In this document: piece after piece, positions 53,025 through 61,886 of the stretch
Layout of the letters: each line of letters starts with the position of its first letter
How positions within the stretch are numbered: the first letter of the stretch is position 1
Source: Bacillota bacterium
GTDB taxonomy: Bacteria; Bacillota; Sulfobacillia; JAJZYS01; JAJZLH01
Direction: 5' to 3'
NCBI GenBank assembly: GCA_021803575.1
Contig: JAJZLH010000065.1
Span: forward strand, 2,571 to 66,570
Length of the DNA: 64,000 nucleotides
Program-made: the position numbers and the translations under genes
Notes under the pieces: generated by a model
Seen by the model: the letters and a program-made list of their open reading frames with translations, nothing else
The model's database searches: none
Told to the model about the DNA's origin: nothing

Positions 53025-55016
53025 CTAGGGCATGGTGGGCAGGAAGAAGGCGGCCAGGAGCTTGACCATGGCCGCCCGCGAGGTGAGGGACAGGGGCTGG
53101 AAGGTGCCGTTGGGGAAGCCCTGGACCACGCCCATGGCGGCTGCTGCTGCCACGTAGCCCACGTCCTGGGCTGGAATCTGGGCCGCATCGGTAAAGGGCG
53201 GCTGGGTGGAGAGGGGGGCGACCCCCTCTCCTTGCATCAGCCAGCGCACCACCTGGTCGCGGGGGGCGGCCTGGGACAGCGAGCCGACGTCGGCCGGCGT
53301 GATCAGGCCGTTGGCGAGTGCCCAGGAGGCGGCCGCCTGGCCCCAGCTGGGCAGGGACGAGGTCTCCGGGCTGAGTGTGGTGGCGGGGGAGCCCGCCTGG
53401 CGGTAGATCAGGGTCAGGGCCTGCAGGCCGGTCACCGGCGCCAGCGGCGCGAAGATGCCATGGCCCATGCCCTCGACCACGCCCCGGTTGTAGGCGGAGA
53501 TGATGGGCTGGGCCGCCCAGGAGGCCTCGGTCAGATCGCTGAAGGGCGGCGATGAGATGGGCACCACCTGGCCGCCCATGCTGACGCCGCTCAGACTGGG
53601 CGGCTGGGTGAAGGTAGCCACGGCCGTGTGCTGGGTGAAGGTCCAGGCCGGAGTCAGGCCAGGGCTGGCACCGACCAGGGTCGGCTGGGGGTTGGAGGCG
53701 AGGTCGAGCTCGTGGCCGGTTACGACCAGCGTGTTGCCGATCAGGTAGGCGGCGGTGAGGGAGGCGAGGGGCCTGGTCGTGAACGACCAGGTGGCACTGA
53801 AGGGCTGGCTGCCGCCTCCCACCAGGTTCTCCGTGCCGCTGAAGCTGACCGTGTACACCGTGTCCGGCAAGAGCGGCGACTGGCCGAACAGGGCGGCGCC
53901 CCGCGCCATCGACTCGCCGCCGTACACCGGGTTGGTGTCGGTGTAGGTGGCGCCGTCGATCAGATAGGTGGGCACCACGCCCTGAGCGTCGGTGAGCTGG
54001 GCCTGGCTGATCTCGACCGACGTGGCGGCCAGGCTGGAGAAGGAGATGGAGACCGGATAGCCGGCTGGGTCCGTGCTGAGCTGGGCATTGGAGCGGATGC
54101 CGGAGAGCGGATTGGGGTCTTCGCCGACGTAGCTGAGCGGCACGTTCTGAGCACCCTGCACCGGAAACAGGAGGTCGGCCGGCGGCGTCACCTGGGCGGC
54201 GGCGTTGCCGGTGATGTCGCTCACCACCACTGACGGTGCCGTGCCGGAGGACGGTTGCCAGCCCACTCCGATCGCGTTCACCTGTGCGGAAAGCAAGCCG
54301 AAGCGGTGGAAGGTGGTGTCCATCAGGGCCCGGTAGGCCTGGACCGCGGTTGGCCGCCCGGTGGCCAGCACCTCGAGGTCCAGCCCTGAGAACACCGCAC
54401 CCACCGCAATGTCCCGCTGGTAGGGGGTCTGGCCGGTGTAGCCGTTCGGGTAGCTGGGGGACTCGTCGTGCAGGCTGAAGCTGCCGGAGGCGTAGAGCGA
54501 GTTGGCGTAGGTCTGGTAGTAGCTGGCGTGAGCCGCCGAGGCGGCGGACAGGATGGGGTCGTAGGTCAGGGTGGGCAGGCCTTGCCGGGTGCGATCGGAG
54601 TTGAGCAGGGCCTGGAACTGCCAGGCGGCCAGGGACTCGGGAAGCGGCTGTACCGGTGCGCTGGCCTCGGTGAAGGAGAGGGGGATCACCTCGGTGACGT
54701 AGCCGGGGTCCGAGATCGACACGTCGCCCGTGACCTGGGTTCCCGGCGGCGGCGGCGTGGGCAGCACCACCGACGCCACGTCCAGAGCCGGGTTGACCGT
54801 CATCGGGAGGCTCTGTCCGGTGGACAGCTCCAGGGTGACGGTCAGGCTGGAGGGCGTACTGCTCTGCACATAAAGCCAAACGGTGGGGTCGGGAGAGAAT
54901 GAGGTCCCGGAGGGATAGACGGTGGTGCCGTAAGAGTAGCCCCCGGCCAGTGCTGGCAGGGCCACAAGCGGCGATGCCGCCAGGATGATGACGAGGAGTA
55001 GAGCGACGCGGCGCAT
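53025..55016 (-). CDS. secreted CAP (SCP/PR-1)-domain protein with three C-terminal SLH domains
   Basis: Signal peptide MRRVALLLVIILAASPLVALPALA at the internal ATG; central CAP-like region (AAWQFQALLNSDR...HRFGLL...IGVGW); C-terminal SLH repeats (FSDLTEASWAAQPIISAYNRGVVEGMG..., ...FTDAAQIPAQDVGYVAAAAAMGVVQGFPNGTFQPLSLTSRAAMVKLL). Coordinates near 55013-55030 may be off by 1 nt. Confidence 0.7.
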   Translation of the reverse strand: MRRVALLLVIILAASPLVALPALAGGYSYGTTVYPSGTSFSPDPTVWLYVQSSTPSSLTVTLELSTGQSLPMTVNPALDVASVVLPTPPPPGTQVTGDVSISDPGYVTEVIPLSFTEASAPVQPLPESLAAWQFQALLNSDRTRQGLPTLTYDPILSAASAAHASYYQTYANSLYASGSFSLHDESPSYPNGYTGQTPYQRDIAVGAVFSGLDLEVLATGRPTAVQAYRALMDTTFHRFGLLSAQVNAIGVGWQPSSGTAPSVVVSDITGNAAAQVTPPADLLFPVQGAQNVPLSYVGEDPNPLSGIRSNAQLSTDPAGYPVSISFSSLAATSVEISQAQLTDAQGVVPTYLIDGATYTDTNPVYGGESMARGAALFGQSPLLPDTVYTVSFSGTENLVGGGSQPFSATWSFTTRPLASLTAAYLIGNTLVVTGHELDLASNPQPTLVGASPGLTPAWTFTQHTAVATFTQPPSLSGVSMGGQVVPISSPPFSDLTEASWAAQPIISAYNRGVVEGMGHGIFAPLAPVTGLQALTLIYRQAGSPATTLSPETSSLPSWGQAAASWALANGLITPADVGSLSQAAPRDQVVRWLMQGEGVAPLSTQPPFTDAAQIPAQDVGYVAAAAAMGVVQGFPNGTFQPLSLTSRAAMVKLLAAFFLPTMP

Positions 55017-55038
55017 CGGTTGTTCGCCTCCTGGGGAT

Positions 55039-55890
55039 TCAGGCAGGGTGGCTCCGGCTTGGGCCGAGGAAGCGGTCCAGGTGGTGAGCCACTTCCTCCG
55101 CCATCTCCCAGTGGAAGAGGTGGCTGGACCTGGGGCCCCGGAGCAGATGGTGCTGGGCGCCGGGGATGAGGGCGGCCACCTCCTCACCATACACCGAGCG
55201 AATCATCAGGTCATGCTCGCCGGATAGCACCAGCGCCGGTAGCTCAAGGGCGCTGAGGCGGGAGGCGGTGTCGTGGTCCTGGCCGATCGTGAGCTGGCGG
55301 CCAAGCTCACCCGAGGGAAGCGCCCGCCGGCCGGTGAACATGCCGCGCAAGAGCCCTCGCCGGTTCTGGTCATCGTTCAAGAAGGGGCGCGAGGCGATCA
55401 GGTAGAGCAGGGCCGGGCCGTACAGCTCCGGATCCCCACTGGCGACGATACCCTGGGTGAGGCGGAACTGCAGGGCCAGGTAGGGATCAGTCCGGGCCCA
55501 GGTGGCGAGCAGCACCAGGTGCGAGAAGCGCCCGGGCCGGCTGAGCGCCATCTCCTGCGCCACGGCCGAACCCAGGGACTGACCCAGCAGCACGGCCGGA
55601 CCTTCCCCCAGCTGGTCCAAGACGGCCAGGGCATCCTGGGCCAGATCAAGGACACCGGAGGCGGGAGGGCCTGGATCGGAGCCGCCCACACCGCGGGCGT
55701 TCAGCACCCAGACGGCGAAGCCCCGGCCGGCCAGGTGCCTGGCCTGCAGGGACAGGCTCAGATGGTCGGCGCCGGCCCCCGGCAAGAGGACGGCCAGAGG
55801 CCGGCCCGACGCGCCCCAGCGGGCCGCCATCAGGCGACGGCCCTCTACCTGAAAGGGGATGAGCTCGTAGCTCTCAGCCGAGGAACTCAA
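55039..55890 (-). CDS. alpha/beta-hydrolase fold protein
   Basis: LAVLLPGAGADHLS...LLGQSLGSAVAQE (GxSxG nucleophile elbow)...GEHDLMIR; TTG 55888-55890 overlaps the stop of the upstream ocd-like gene. The track ORF N-terminal extension is out of frame. Confidence 0.6.
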   Translation of the reverse strand: MSSSAESYELIPFQVEGRRLMAARWGASGRPLAVLLPGAGADHLSLSLQARHLAGRGFAVWVLNARGVGGSDPGPPASGVLDLAQDALAVLDQLGEGPAVLLGQSLGSAVAQEMALSRPGRFSHLVLLATWARTDPYLALQFRLTQGIVASGDPELYGPALLYLIASRPFLNDDQNRRGLLRGMFTGRRALPSGELGRQLTIGQDHDTASRLSALELPALVLSGEHDLMIRSVYGEEVAALIPGAQHHLLRGPRSSHLFHWEMAEEVAHHLDRFLGPSRSHPA

Positions 55891-56833
55891 GGTCCTCCCC
55901 GACACCCTGAGCGCGGGCCAGGGCGAGGCAGCGGCAGGCCACTGACACATCTTCGGCCGCCATGCCGTGCGACTCGAAGGCCGTGATCTGATCCGCTGCG
56001 GTGCGCCCCGGTCGGGTGCCGACCACGATCTCACCCAGCTCGTGCACATCCTCCCAAGAGAGCACGCCGGCGGCGATGGCCGGCAGGAGGTCGCCGGATT
56101 CCACCTGGGCGGTGGCCAGATGGTCGACCGTGACGAGGTCGGTCCGCGACCACACGGTGGTATCCGCCTCCTGGCGGCTGGGGTGGTTGGAGCCGATCAG
56201 GTTGAGATGTGTACCCGGCCTCAGCCACTCGCCCTTCAGGACAGGCGTTCTGGCGGTGGTGGCGGTGATCACGATATCGGCCTCCGCCACCGCCCGCCCG
56301 GGGTCGTCGGCCGCCTCCACCCGGATGCCGAGTGCCTGGGCCATGCTGGCGACGAAGGCATCGCGGCGGCCCTGGTCGCGGCCGATCACCTGTACCAGAT
56401 CGATCGGCCTGACCAGGGTCATGGCCTTCAGCTGTGAGGCTGCCTGCCAGCCGGCCCCGAAGATGGCGACCTGGTGGGCGTCCTCCCTGGCCAGGTGCTT
56501 CGTCGCCACGCCGGAGGCGGCGCCGGTGCGGATCTGGCCGAGGGTGTCCGCCTCCAGGAGTGCCTTCAGGCTCCCATCCTGGCTGTCGAACAGCGTGACC
56601 AGGAAGTGGGCGCCCTCGCCGGTCACGGTGTAGAGCTTGGCACCGGCCAGGTGCTCGCCGTCGTTGGCCGAGAACATGACGTTGAAGGTGCTGTCGCGGC
56701 TGACCAGGCGGTGGCGCTCCACATTCTGCAGCTCGCCCCGGCCCTGCTGGCGAAAGGTGCCCTCAATCGCTCCCAGCGCCTCCTCCATGGTGAGGAGGGC
56801 TCGCACGTCGGATTCCCGGATCACTCTGGCCAC
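55874..56833 (-). CDS. ornithine cyclodeaminase / mu-crystallin family protein
   Basis: IRESDVRALLTMEEALGAIEGTF...QIRTGAASGVATKHLAREDAHQVAIFGAGWQA...IVITATTAR are OCD-family motifs. Confidence 0.8.
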   Translation of the reverse strand: MARVIRESDVRALLTMEEALGAIEGTFRQQGRGELQNVERHRLVSRDSTFNVMFSANDGEHLAGAKLYTVTGEGAHFLVTLFDSQDGSLKALLEADTLGQIRTGAASGVATKHLAREDAHQVAIFGAGWQAASQLKAMTLVRPIDLVQVIGRDQGRRDAFVASMAQALGIRVEAADDPGRAVAEADIVITATTARTPVLKGEWLRPGTHLNLIGSNHPSRQEADTTVWSRTDLVTVDHLATAQVESGDLLPAIAAGVLSWEDVHELGEIVVGTRPGRTAADQITAFESHGMAAEDVSVACRCLALARAQGVGEDLEFLG

Positions 56834-56867
56834 ACTGTCACCTCACGCTGCCTTGCCAAGGGCCCGA

Positions 56868-57296
56868 TTAGTGAGACGGCGCCCCGGCCGGCGCCCCCAG
56901 GGCTTCCAGCAGGCGGCGGCGGACGGAGCTCTGGTTTCGGAAGCGGCCGACCAGGCGGCAGAGGAAGTCGACGAACAGGGAGTCGTCGGCACTGGCCGGG
57001 CCGAAGGCGTCGGCGGTCAGCTCGGCCATGATATCGGCGATCGCCAGCTTGCCTTCGGGTGTGCGCATCCAACGCTCCAGCGCACCCTGAATCTCCGGCT
57101 CCATCCGCTCGATCACCCAGGAGGTGACCAGGGACTTCAGTCCGTTCAGCACCGGCGCATCCCTCCTCGGTCCCTGGGAAGTTCCACCCGCCGCCGGCCT
57201 CGACCTTCCCAAGCCGCCGCCAGGGGGAGTGTCCCCTGAGAGGGAAGCACCGGGGGATAGGGAGGAGGTGGCGGCACGGAGGCTGACCTGGTGCAC
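56868..57296 (-). CDS. hypothetical protein; true start probably internal
   Basis: Only the C-terminal ~95 aa (from VLNGLKSLVTSWVIERMEPEIQG...) look protein-like; the N-terminal third is a Gly/Pro/Ser-rich low-complexity read. Confidence 0.25.
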   Translation of the reverse strand: MHQVSLRAATSSLSPGASLSGDTPPGGGLGRSRPAAGGTSQGPRRDAPVLNGLKSLVTSWVIERMEPEIQGALERWMRTPEGKLAIADIMAELTADAFGPASADDSLFVDFLCRLVGRFRNQSSVRRRLLEALGAPAGAPSH

Positions 57297-58013
57297 CGGC
57301 TCCGCGCCGCCGGCATCTACGCCGTCGGCTTCGATCTGGACGGCACCCTGCTCGACAGTGAGCCAGCCGAGGCCGCCGCCTTCGAGGAGATGTGGCGCTT
57401 TATCACGGGCGAGCCGTGCCCGAGCGCGCGCCTCGAGGTGTATCTGGGAGAGCTGGAGGCGATCAGCCTAGCCTGGGACGAGGGCCGGATCAGCGCCGAG
57501 GAACTGGGCGGCGCGGCGATCCGTCAGGCCGCCCTGAAGGCTGGTCTCAAGGCCGCCCCCTCACAGCTGCCTGCCCTGGAAGAGATCTATCTGGAGATGG
57601 CGGCGGCCCACGGGCATCTCTTCCCCGAAGTCCCGGGGTGCCTGGAGCAGTTGTCCGGCCGCCTGCCGCTGGCCATCCTGACCAACGGCCCAGGTCCGTT
57701 GCAGCGGCGCAAGATCGAGCGTCACGGCCTCGAGCTCCGCATCCAGACGGTGCTGATCTCAGGCGAGACCGGGTCTGCCAAGCCGGAACGAGATGCCTTC
57801 AGGAGGCTAGCCGAAGCCGTTGGAGAGGTGCCGGAGCGCATCGCCTTCATCGGGGACAGCCCCGGCAGCGACATGCTGGGAGCCGTCCTGGCTGGGATGC
57901 GGGCGGTCTGGCTGAACCGCTACGGCGAGACCTACCCCGGCCGCCTTCCTGCGCCGTGGGCCACCGTCACCGACCTCAGGCGGGCGCTCGCCGTCCTCAG
58001 CGCACCTGGGTGA
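57291..58013 (+). CDS. HAD-superfamily hydrolase (subfamily IA-like)
   Basis: VGFDLDGTLLDS (motif I, DxD)...ILTNG (motif II)...KPERDAF...FIGDSPGSDMLGA (motifs III/IV). Confidence 0.7.
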   Translation: MHRLRAAGIYAVGFDLDGTLLDSEPAEAAAFEEMWRFITGEPCPSARLEVYLGELEAISLAWDEGRISAEELGGAAIRQAALKAGLKAAPSQLPALEEIYLEMAAAHGHLFPEVPGCLEQLSGRLPLAILTNGPGPLQRRKIERHGLELRIQTVLISGETGSAKPERDAFRRLAEAVGEVPERIAFIGDSPGSDMLGAVLAGMRAVWLNRYGETYPGRLPAPWATVTDLRRALAVLSAPG

Positions 58014-58052
58014 GGGCAGGGAAGCGGGGGCCGGGAAAGAAGATGTGCCCCA

Positions 58053-58138
58053 GCCGAGGTGGCGGAACGGCAGACGCGGGGGACTTAAAATCCCCTATCG
58101 GAAACGGTATGTGGGTTCGAATCCCACCCTCGGCACCA
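58053..58138 (+). tRNA. tRNA-Leu (anticodon TAA), long variable arm
   Basis: GCCGAGG acceptor pairs with CCTCGGC plus A-CCA; anticodon stem gggga/tcccc with loop cTTAAaa; long variable arm; GGTTCGAATCC T-arm; 86 nt. Confidence 0.85.
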
Positions 58139-58192
58139 AGCGCCTTGCCCTGAGCGGTCCCGAGGCGGGGTCCACATCGCCCGGTCCGGCTG

Positions 58193-58750
58193 GTGGAGAC
58201 GCGGTGCCATCGCCCGGCTGGACGTGGGGGCGTGAGATTGCCCAGGTATCTGGCCCTCTTGCGCGGCGTCAACGTGGGCGGGCACAACCTGGTGGCGATG
58301 CGCGACCTGAGGCGCCTGTTCAGCAGCTTGGGCCTCGCCGACGTCACGACCTATCTGCAGTCCGGAAACGTGCTGTTCAGCACCAGCGGGTCAGCCCCCG
58401 CAGAGGAGGCCCTCGAGCAGGCGATCCTGCAGGAGCTGGGAGTGCGCACACGGGTGCTGCTCCGCCGGGGCGCGGAACTGGCCCAGATCTGCACAGCCAA
58501 TCCGTTCGCCGGGTCGGTAGACGTGGACCCCGCCCAGCTCTATCTCGCCTTCCTGAGAGCAGAGCCAGGGGCCGGAGGCCTGGCCGCCTTCTCGGTGCCA
58601 GGCACTGGTGGGGAGCGGTTCACTGTCCGTGGCCGCGAGATCTACCTCTACTATCCGGGTGGGTACGGCGGCACCAAACTGACCAACGGCTACATTGAGC
58701 GGCGCCTCGGGGTGATCGCCACCACCCGCAACTGGCGGGTGGTCCAGTAG
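58193..58750 (+). CDS. DUF1697-family protein
   Basis: YLALLRGVNVGGHNLVAMRDLRRLFSSLGLADVTTYLQSGNVLF matches the DUF1697 N-terminal signature; real start probably near 58238. Confidence 0.55.
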   Translation: METRCHRPAGRGGVRLPRYLALLRGVNVGGHNLVAMRDLRRLFSSLGLADVTTYLQSGNVLFSTSGSAPAEEALEQAILQELGVRTRVLLRRGAELAQICTANPFAGSVDVDPAQLYLAFLRAEPGAGGLAAFSVPGTGGERFTVRGREIYLYYPGGYGGTKLTNGYIERRLGVIATTRNWRVVQ

Positions 58751-58864
58751 CTGGCCCTCCAGTTCGAGGGGTAATCAAGCCGCATCGGGCCAGCGACGAA
58801 GGGGCCGGGGGCAGCGTCTGCTGCCCCCGGCGGGTCGTTCCTGCATATGTGTTGGTGTGAGTGG

Positions 58865-60178
58865 CTACTCTCCGGACGCCGTCTGAATGCTGAGGCCAAG
58901 TCCGGTCTCACGGCCCTTGACCAACCAGGCGGTGGCGGCCACGAGGCCCACGAACCACACCGCGGCGTTGAAGAGGATGTACGTCGAGGCCGGCATTGAG
59001 GAAGTCAAGATGTACGCAGGGATGAGCAAGCCGATGGACACGAAGCGGGCGATGGCGGTCAGTGTGCCGCGCTGCAGGGTGGGCCAGACCTCGGCTTTGA
59101 TCGTGTCCTCGGTCAGATACTGCAGCGAGTTGATGCCGGCCAGGATGACCAACAGGATCCAGAACAAGGTCATGTTGTGCTGCCAGGTGCCGGTGGTGAG
59201 GCCGATGATCACGGTGACCACAAAGGTGCCGAGCATGGTCCAGAACAACATCTTCTTGCGCGACACGCGGTCCGCGATCAGACCGACGAAGCCGACCACG
59301 AAGCCGACGCCCTCGAAGATGGCCAGAATGGTCGGCTGCAGGTGCGGGAAGAAGGCGAAGGCGAGAGAATAGGCCATCAGGCCGAAGCCGATGGTGTTGG
59401 CGGCAGCGATCAGGATCATGATCAGCATGGTGAAGCCCATCGATACGTTGGATACAGCGCTGACCGGCTTCGGAGCGGGCGGCTGCAGGTCAAGCTCTGC
59501 CTCCCAGTTGGCGCCGTAGTAGGACTGGATCACCTTCTGAGCCTCGGTGGTGCGTCCCTTTTTGTAAAGCCAGAGCACCGACTCCGGCATGCTGACCCTC
59601 GTCAGGAACAAGATGACCACCACGATCAGGACCGCCGCAGCGACTACATCGCGCTGGAAGGAGACTGCCGAGGCGGCGCTGGAGAGCGCCAGCACAGCCA
59701 GCACCAGACCCCCGAAGTTGATGCCGTTGATGATCATCATGGTGGCCTTGCCGCGGTGCTTGCGCGGCATCAGCTCATGGCTGGCGATCATGATCGAGTT
59801 CATCTCGCCGCCGCCGGCCATCAGCATGATCGCCAGCGAGAACAGGATCATGCCGTACGTGGAGCTGAAGAACAGAAGCAAGCCGCCTATGGCGTAGAGG
59901 AGCAGCGTCAGGTAGAGGGTGATCTTCCGACCAAATTTGTCGGAAAACGGCCCTGCGACAATGATGCCGACGATCAGCCAGATCGGCGCCCAGACCAAGA
60001 GCAACGTGCCAAGGGCCTTGGGGATCGCCACCCAGTAGATGGCGATCGAGGCTAACGAGAAGACGTATGATTCCAGAGCGAGGCCGAGCGCGAAGGAAAT
60101 GAACATCGAGGTGGTTTTCCCGCTCCAGCGGGTTTCCCCCAGGCGTTCGACGTTGACCACAGTCAGATGCCTCCCCAC
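58865..60178 (-). CDS. MFS transporter
   Basis: 12 TM helices; GPFSDKFGRKITL (MFS motif A, G-x-x-x-D-R/K-x-G-R-R/K). The region appears lower in GC (~58-60% by eye) than its surroundings. Confidence 0.8.
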   Translation of the reverse strand: MGRHLTVVNVERLGETRWSGKTTSMFISFALGLALESYVFSLASIAIYWVAIPKALGTLLLVWAPIWLIVGIIVAGPFSDKFGRKITLYLTLLLYAIGGLLLFFSSTYGMILFSLAIMLMAGGGEMNSIMIASHELMPRKHRGKATMMIINGINFGGLVLAVLALSSAASAVSFQRDVVAAAVLIVVVILFLTRVSMPESVLWLYKKGRTTEAQKVIQSYYGANWEAELDLQPPAPKPVSAVSNVSMGFTMLIMILIAAANTIGFGLMAYSLAFAFFPHLQPTILAIFEGVGFVVGFVGLIADRVSRKKMLFWTMLGTFVVTVIIGLTTGTWQHNMTLFWILLVILAGINSLQYLTEDTIKAEVWPTLQRGTLTAIARFVSIGLLIPAYILTSSMPASTYILFNAAVWFVGLVAATAWLVKGRETGLGLSIQTASGE

Positions 60179-60358
60179 ACATGATCAGTCCAACGGAGGC
60201 CGCGTATGCGAAATGGGGCGCGACACCCTCCCTTCCCGGCGACTCAACTGACCTGCACTTCGCCCTGACCACCGTTGCTCCTGCCCTTTGCGCGGTGGCA
60301 AAAAGAACACGCCAGATGGGCGGGACGGAAGGCCTAGAGCGGCGCTGGCCCCCGCTAC

Positions 60359-60388
60359 TTGTCAAGGGCGAACCCGGAGCGGTACAAT
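60359..60388 (+). promoter_or_regulatory. sigma-A-type promoter upstream of the RRM gene
   Basis: TTGTCA (60359-64), 18 nt, TACAAT (60383-88). Confidence 0.5.
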
Positions 60389-60454
60389 CCCGAACGTGCA
60401 TGCGGGGACTCGGTTTAGGTGTTCCGGTGCAACATCTGTGTGGGAGTGTGAGGC

Positions 60455-60724
60455 GTGACCAAGACCCTGTTTGTTGGCAATCTGCCGTGGACGGTGGAAA
60501 GTTCCGAGTTGCTCCAGGTGTTCAGCGAGCATGGCGGTGCAGAGGTCATCTCCGCCCGCGTCATCTCCGACCGTGAGACCGGCCGCTCTCGTGGCTTCGG
60601 CTTCGTGGAGGTGCCGGCGGACAAGGCCGAGGCGGTGATCGAGGCGATGAACAACGCCCAGTGGGGCGGACGCACGATCGTGGTCAACGAGGCCAAGCCC
60701 AGGGAGGGCGGGCCCCGCAACTAG
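60455..60724 (+). CDS. RRM-type RNA-binding protein
   Basis: KTLFVGNLPW (RNP-2) and SRGFGFVEV (RNP-1), followed by a short Gly/Arg-rich tail; GTG start. Confidence 0.8.
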   Translation: MTKTLFVGNLPWTVESSELLQVFSEHGGAEVISARVISDRETGRSRGFGFVEVPADKAEAVIEAMNNAQWGGRTIVVNEAKPREGGPRN

Positions 60725-60799
60725 AGAGCCCGACCGCGTACGGAGCCAGGGGCCCGGGTGCTGCCCGGGCCCCTGGCGTGGGTCCGGGAATGGCACACC

Positions 60800-61873
60800 C
60801 TATGGCGAGCGGCTAAGCCGGGCCAGTGGCAGCCACCAGTGGGCGCGGCCGCCGGCCAGCCGCACCACCTGGCGGAACAGGGGGCGCGGCAGGCGCCCGG
60901 CCTTGTGGTCAGCCAGATAGAAGGTGGGCAGGCCGCTCAGGATCCAGCGGTGATCGCCAGGGTCAGGCAGCCGATCCAGTGCCGCCGCCGCTGATGTGAA
61001 GAGACGGCCAAGCCCTGCGACCGTCGCCTGGTCGTCGCGGTAGCAGCGGACGAAGTTGAAGTCGTGGCCGGCCAGATCCTCCTCCTGGTCGACCAGATAG
61101 TCGAGTAGGATGTGGAGGCCGCCGATCCATGGGAAGTAACAGGCGGACAGGACTTGGATTTGCGCGGGATCCGGACGCCGGCTGGCCGCCTCCCGGAGCA
61201 GGGCGAAGAGGCCGAGCGTCGAGCCGGCCGCCGCCGCCAACTCCCACCAGGCAACCGGCCAGCGGCCCTGGTTGTGGCGATCGGCCCAGGCCTCGAGCCG
61301 CTCGGCCCGACGGGCCCGCTCCGGGCTGTGCTTCAGGCTCTGCAGTTCGCCGTAGCGCTCCACCAGCCACCGCACCGGCCGGCCGACGGTGAGAAGACCG
61401 GGCAGGGCCCGGGCCTCCGCTCGGCAGGCACTGACCAGCCAGTCCAGGTAGCCGTCGTCCGTCACCAGGCCAAACACGTGCCTGTCCGCGCCGCGAGTCT
61501 CTTGGTCCAGCGCCAGCAGCAATGTGCCATGCAGGGCCGTGATGGCCTCAGAGTTGAGGCGCGGCCCGCGGTCGGTCACAGTGTCCAGATAGTCGCAGAG
61601 GGTCTGGTAGAGGACGATCAGGCGGGTCAGGCCCGGCTCGCCGCTGGCCAGCACGGCGGCGCCCTCGCAGTGAAAGCGCTTGGTGGTGAGGGCCTCTTCT
61701 GCCAGGTGGCGGACGGCGGGGTCGCTGATCAACTCCGCCCGGGCGACAACCGGCTGGAGAGCGTGTCGGACCGCCGGCCGGACCCGGGTCAGGTAGGTCC
61801 AGGAGCGGCGGAGGGTGTCCCCGGATTGAACGGACACGGCTACGTCTCCTCCCAGAGGGCCCTTACTCGCCAC
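60800..61873 (-). CDS. YtpB-like tetraprenyl-beta-curcumene synthase (DUF2600)
   Basis: Collinear with B. subtilis YtpB: TKRFHCEGAAV vs TKTFHCEGGGI; IVLYQTLCDYLDTVTDR vs IVAYQTISDYLDNLCDR; YFPWIGGLHILLDYLVDQEEDLAGHDFNFVRCY vs YFPYVQGLHILLDYLIDQEEDREEGDLNFVSYY. Confidence 0.8.
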   Translation of the reverse strand: MASKGPLGGDVAVSVQSGDTLRRSWTYLTRVRPAVRHALQPVVARAELISDPAVRHLAEEALTTKRFHCEGAAVLASGEPGLTRLIVLYQTLCDYLDTVTDRGPRLNSEAITALHGTLLLALDQETRGADRHVFGLVTDDGYLDWLVSACRAEARALPGLLTVGRPVRWLVERYGELQSLKHSPERARRAERLEAWADRHNQGRWPVAWWELAAAAGSTLGLFALLREAASRRPDPAQIQVLSACYFPWIGGLHILLDYLVDQEEDLAGHDFNFVRCYRDDQATVAGLGRLFTSAAAALDRLPDPGDHRWILSGLPTFYLADHKAGRLPRPLFRQVVRLAGGRAHWWLPLARLSRSP

Positions 61874-61886
61874 GAATGGGTCGGCC

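Noticed and set aside
55011-55081. apparent 1-nt coordinate inconsistency between the printed sequence (a 9-letter group on line 55021) and the ORF track
   Set aside because: Most likely a formatting slip in the printed sequence rather than biology. The translation is continuous across it; coordinates in 55013-55080 may be off by 1.
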